Assembly: GCA_965217185.1 (NCBI GenBank)
Contig: OZ244252.1
Location: 2,496,001-2,560,000, forward strand
Reading direction: 5' to 3'
Length of the DNA stretch: 64,000 nucleotides
Source: an uncultured Candidatus Entotheonella sp.
GTDB lineage: Bacteria; Tectomicrobia; Entotheonellia; Entotheonellales; Entotheonellaceae
The translations under genes were made by a program, and so were the position numbers. The notes under the pieces were generated by a model that ran no database searches, had not been told where the DNA came from, and was given only the letters and a program-made list of their open reading frames with translations. How positions within the stretch are numbered: the first letter of the stretch is position 1; the number at the start of each line of letters is the position of its first letter. This document shows positions 62,585-64,000 of the stretch, piece by piece.

Positions 62585-63130
62585 GGTCGGGGTGAGCCGG
62601 ACTGGGGGTCTCCCCCTCTCCCCTTGATGGGAGAGGGTCGGGGTGAGCCGGACTGGGGGTCTCTCCCCCTCTCCCCTGGTGGGAGAGGGTCGGGGTGAGG
62701 GGGAAACCGGCGCCGGACGACCGAACGTGCAACCCGTCTGGGACACGTGAGCCAGTCTTTTCAAACTGAGCCACTATCCTCCCATATGGGAGGTATTTCG
62801 GTTTTTCATTTTCGTGTATAGTGCGCCTCCGACGTGTGGGCAATCGGCGCCCCTGGTCACGGCAACGACGTGATCAGAGATTCTGCCGGCGAGGAAGACC
62901 GCATCCATCTCACAAACGGAGGAGCACAGCGTGCCCGACAGGATCAGCTCGACAGGTAGTGTGACGGTAGGAACTTCGGCGACGGGCGAGATCGAAACCG
63001 CCAACGGCTTTGCACGTGAAGAGGAGCGGGCCATGCAGGCACGGCGCCTCAGCGGCGTGCTCGGCAGGCCCGGCGCCGCCCCCGTCAAAAAGGGCTTGAC
63101 ATTCCCGGAATGCGGTTTTCATCTTGAGAG

Positions 63131-63295
63131 CCGAGCCGAGCCGAGCCGAGCCGAGCCGAGCCGAGCCGAGCCGAGCCGAGCCGAGCCGAGCCGAGCCGAG
63201 CCGAGCCGAGCCGAGCCGAGCCGAGCCGAGCCGAGCCGAGCCGAGCCGAGCCGAGCCGAGCCGAGCCGAGCCGAGCCGAGCCGAGCCGAGCCGAG
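63131..63295 (+). repeat. (CCGAG)33 microsatellite
   Basis: 33 perfect pentamer units. Confidence 0.95.
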
Positions 63296-63418
63296 CGCCT
63301 GCCATCTCGGCCTGACCGCCTGCCGTCCCGGCGGGGCGGCCGTCCTTCTCCATCAACGGCATCCGCCGCCGGCCGGCCGGCGGGTCTCCCGCGCCTCGCC
63401 GGCGCGCGGCGCGGGCTG

Positions 63419-64000
63419 GTGCGCTCGGCCCGGGTGCTGGCCGCTGTAGCGTGGCTCTCCCTCCTCGGCGCACTCGCCCTGCCGGCACCGGCGCAGGCCC
63501 AGACGACCGGCATCTGCGACCGCACGCAGCAGGTGCAGAACGACATCCTGGGGCAGCTCTCCGCCGTCAGCGACTGCGCGGCGGTGACCGTCGCGGACCT
63601 GGCGACGGTGCCGGCGCTGTCGTATCTGGAGGACGCGGGCATCACGTCGCTGAAGGCGGGCGACTTCGCCGGCCTGACGGCGGTGACGCAAATTTTACTG
63701 GGTTACAACGATCTCGGCGCGCTTCCGGCGAACCTGTTCTCCGGGCTCACCAGTCTGCAGGAGCTCTCGCTGGAAAGCAGCGGGGTGACCTCGCTACCCG
63801 CGGACGCGTTCTCCGGGCTGACGGCGCTGACGTCACTCAGCATGGGCGCCAACCGTTCGCTGGGCGGGCTTCCGGCGAATCAGTTCTCCGGGCTCACGAA
63901 GCTGCATACGCTCCGGCTGAGCATCATCGGCATGACCGAGCTTCCCGCGGGGCTGTTCTCCGGGCTGTCGGAGCTCACGGAGATCGATCTCAACAACAAC
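63419..64000 (+). CDS. secreted leucine-rich-repeat protein, runs off the window; start uncertain
   Basis: signal VLAAVAWLSLLGALALPAPAQA; GICDRT cap; LPANLFSGLTSLQELSL-type repeats. Confidence 0.85.
   Translation, partial: MRSARVLAAVAWLSLLGALALPAPAQAQTTGICDRTQQVQNDILGQLSAVSDCAAVTVADLATVPALSYLEDAGITSLKAGDFAGLTAVTQILLGYNDLGALPANLFSGLTSLQELSLESSGVTSLPADAFSGLTALTSLSMGANRSLGGLPANQFSGLTKLHTLRLSIIGMTELPAGLFSGLSELTEIDLNNN

Larger units (their letters stand above)
61824..62704. repeat. tandem REP-like units, the second one interrupted by an insertion
   Basis: 4 copies of CCCTCTCCC-n-GGGAGAGGG(C/T)CGGGGTGAG. Confidence 0.75.

Noticed and set aside
62910..63645. Minus-strand ORFs with RLGSA repeats
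   Set aside because: Antisense translation of the CCGAG microsatellite.
1..64000. tRNA or rRNA genes
   Set aside because: None recognised.

Overview
GC-rich bacterial accessory region that is mostly mobile DNA and pseudogenes, around a few core-like genes (GMC oxidoreductase, Ldh_2 dehydrogenase, mlaE-F-D-tolC-mlaC, GH15/GT4, two Hsp20). The SUMF1, Sel1, LRR, Uma2 and dockerin/PKD genes suggest a host-associated organism such as a sponge symbiont; this is inference only. Main observations: (1) Three group II intron copies (one full-length, one internally deleted, one ORF-less) each sit at exactly the same position inside 38-bp Tn3-family inverted repeats of two different sequences. Their EBS1/EBS3 elements co-vary with each target. 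(2) At least eight XerC/XerD dif-like sites occur as DIRECT repeats around one- or two-gene cargo units, and three of them share a conserved segment on the XerD side, suggesting an integron-like Xer cassette arrangement. (3) Six copies of an unassigned 37-bp terminal repeat bound recombinase-carrying units. (4) A type I-E CRISPR-Cas locus is destroyed: cas3 is split by about 32.5 kb of inserted DNA, and the array is interrupted by a TGT...ACA mini-element carrying a TM/coiled-coil gene. (5) There are several MITE families with visible target duplications, six toxin-antitoxin pairs and a (CCGAG)33 tract ahead of an LRR gene. All calls come from reading the sequence by eye; no database searches were run.
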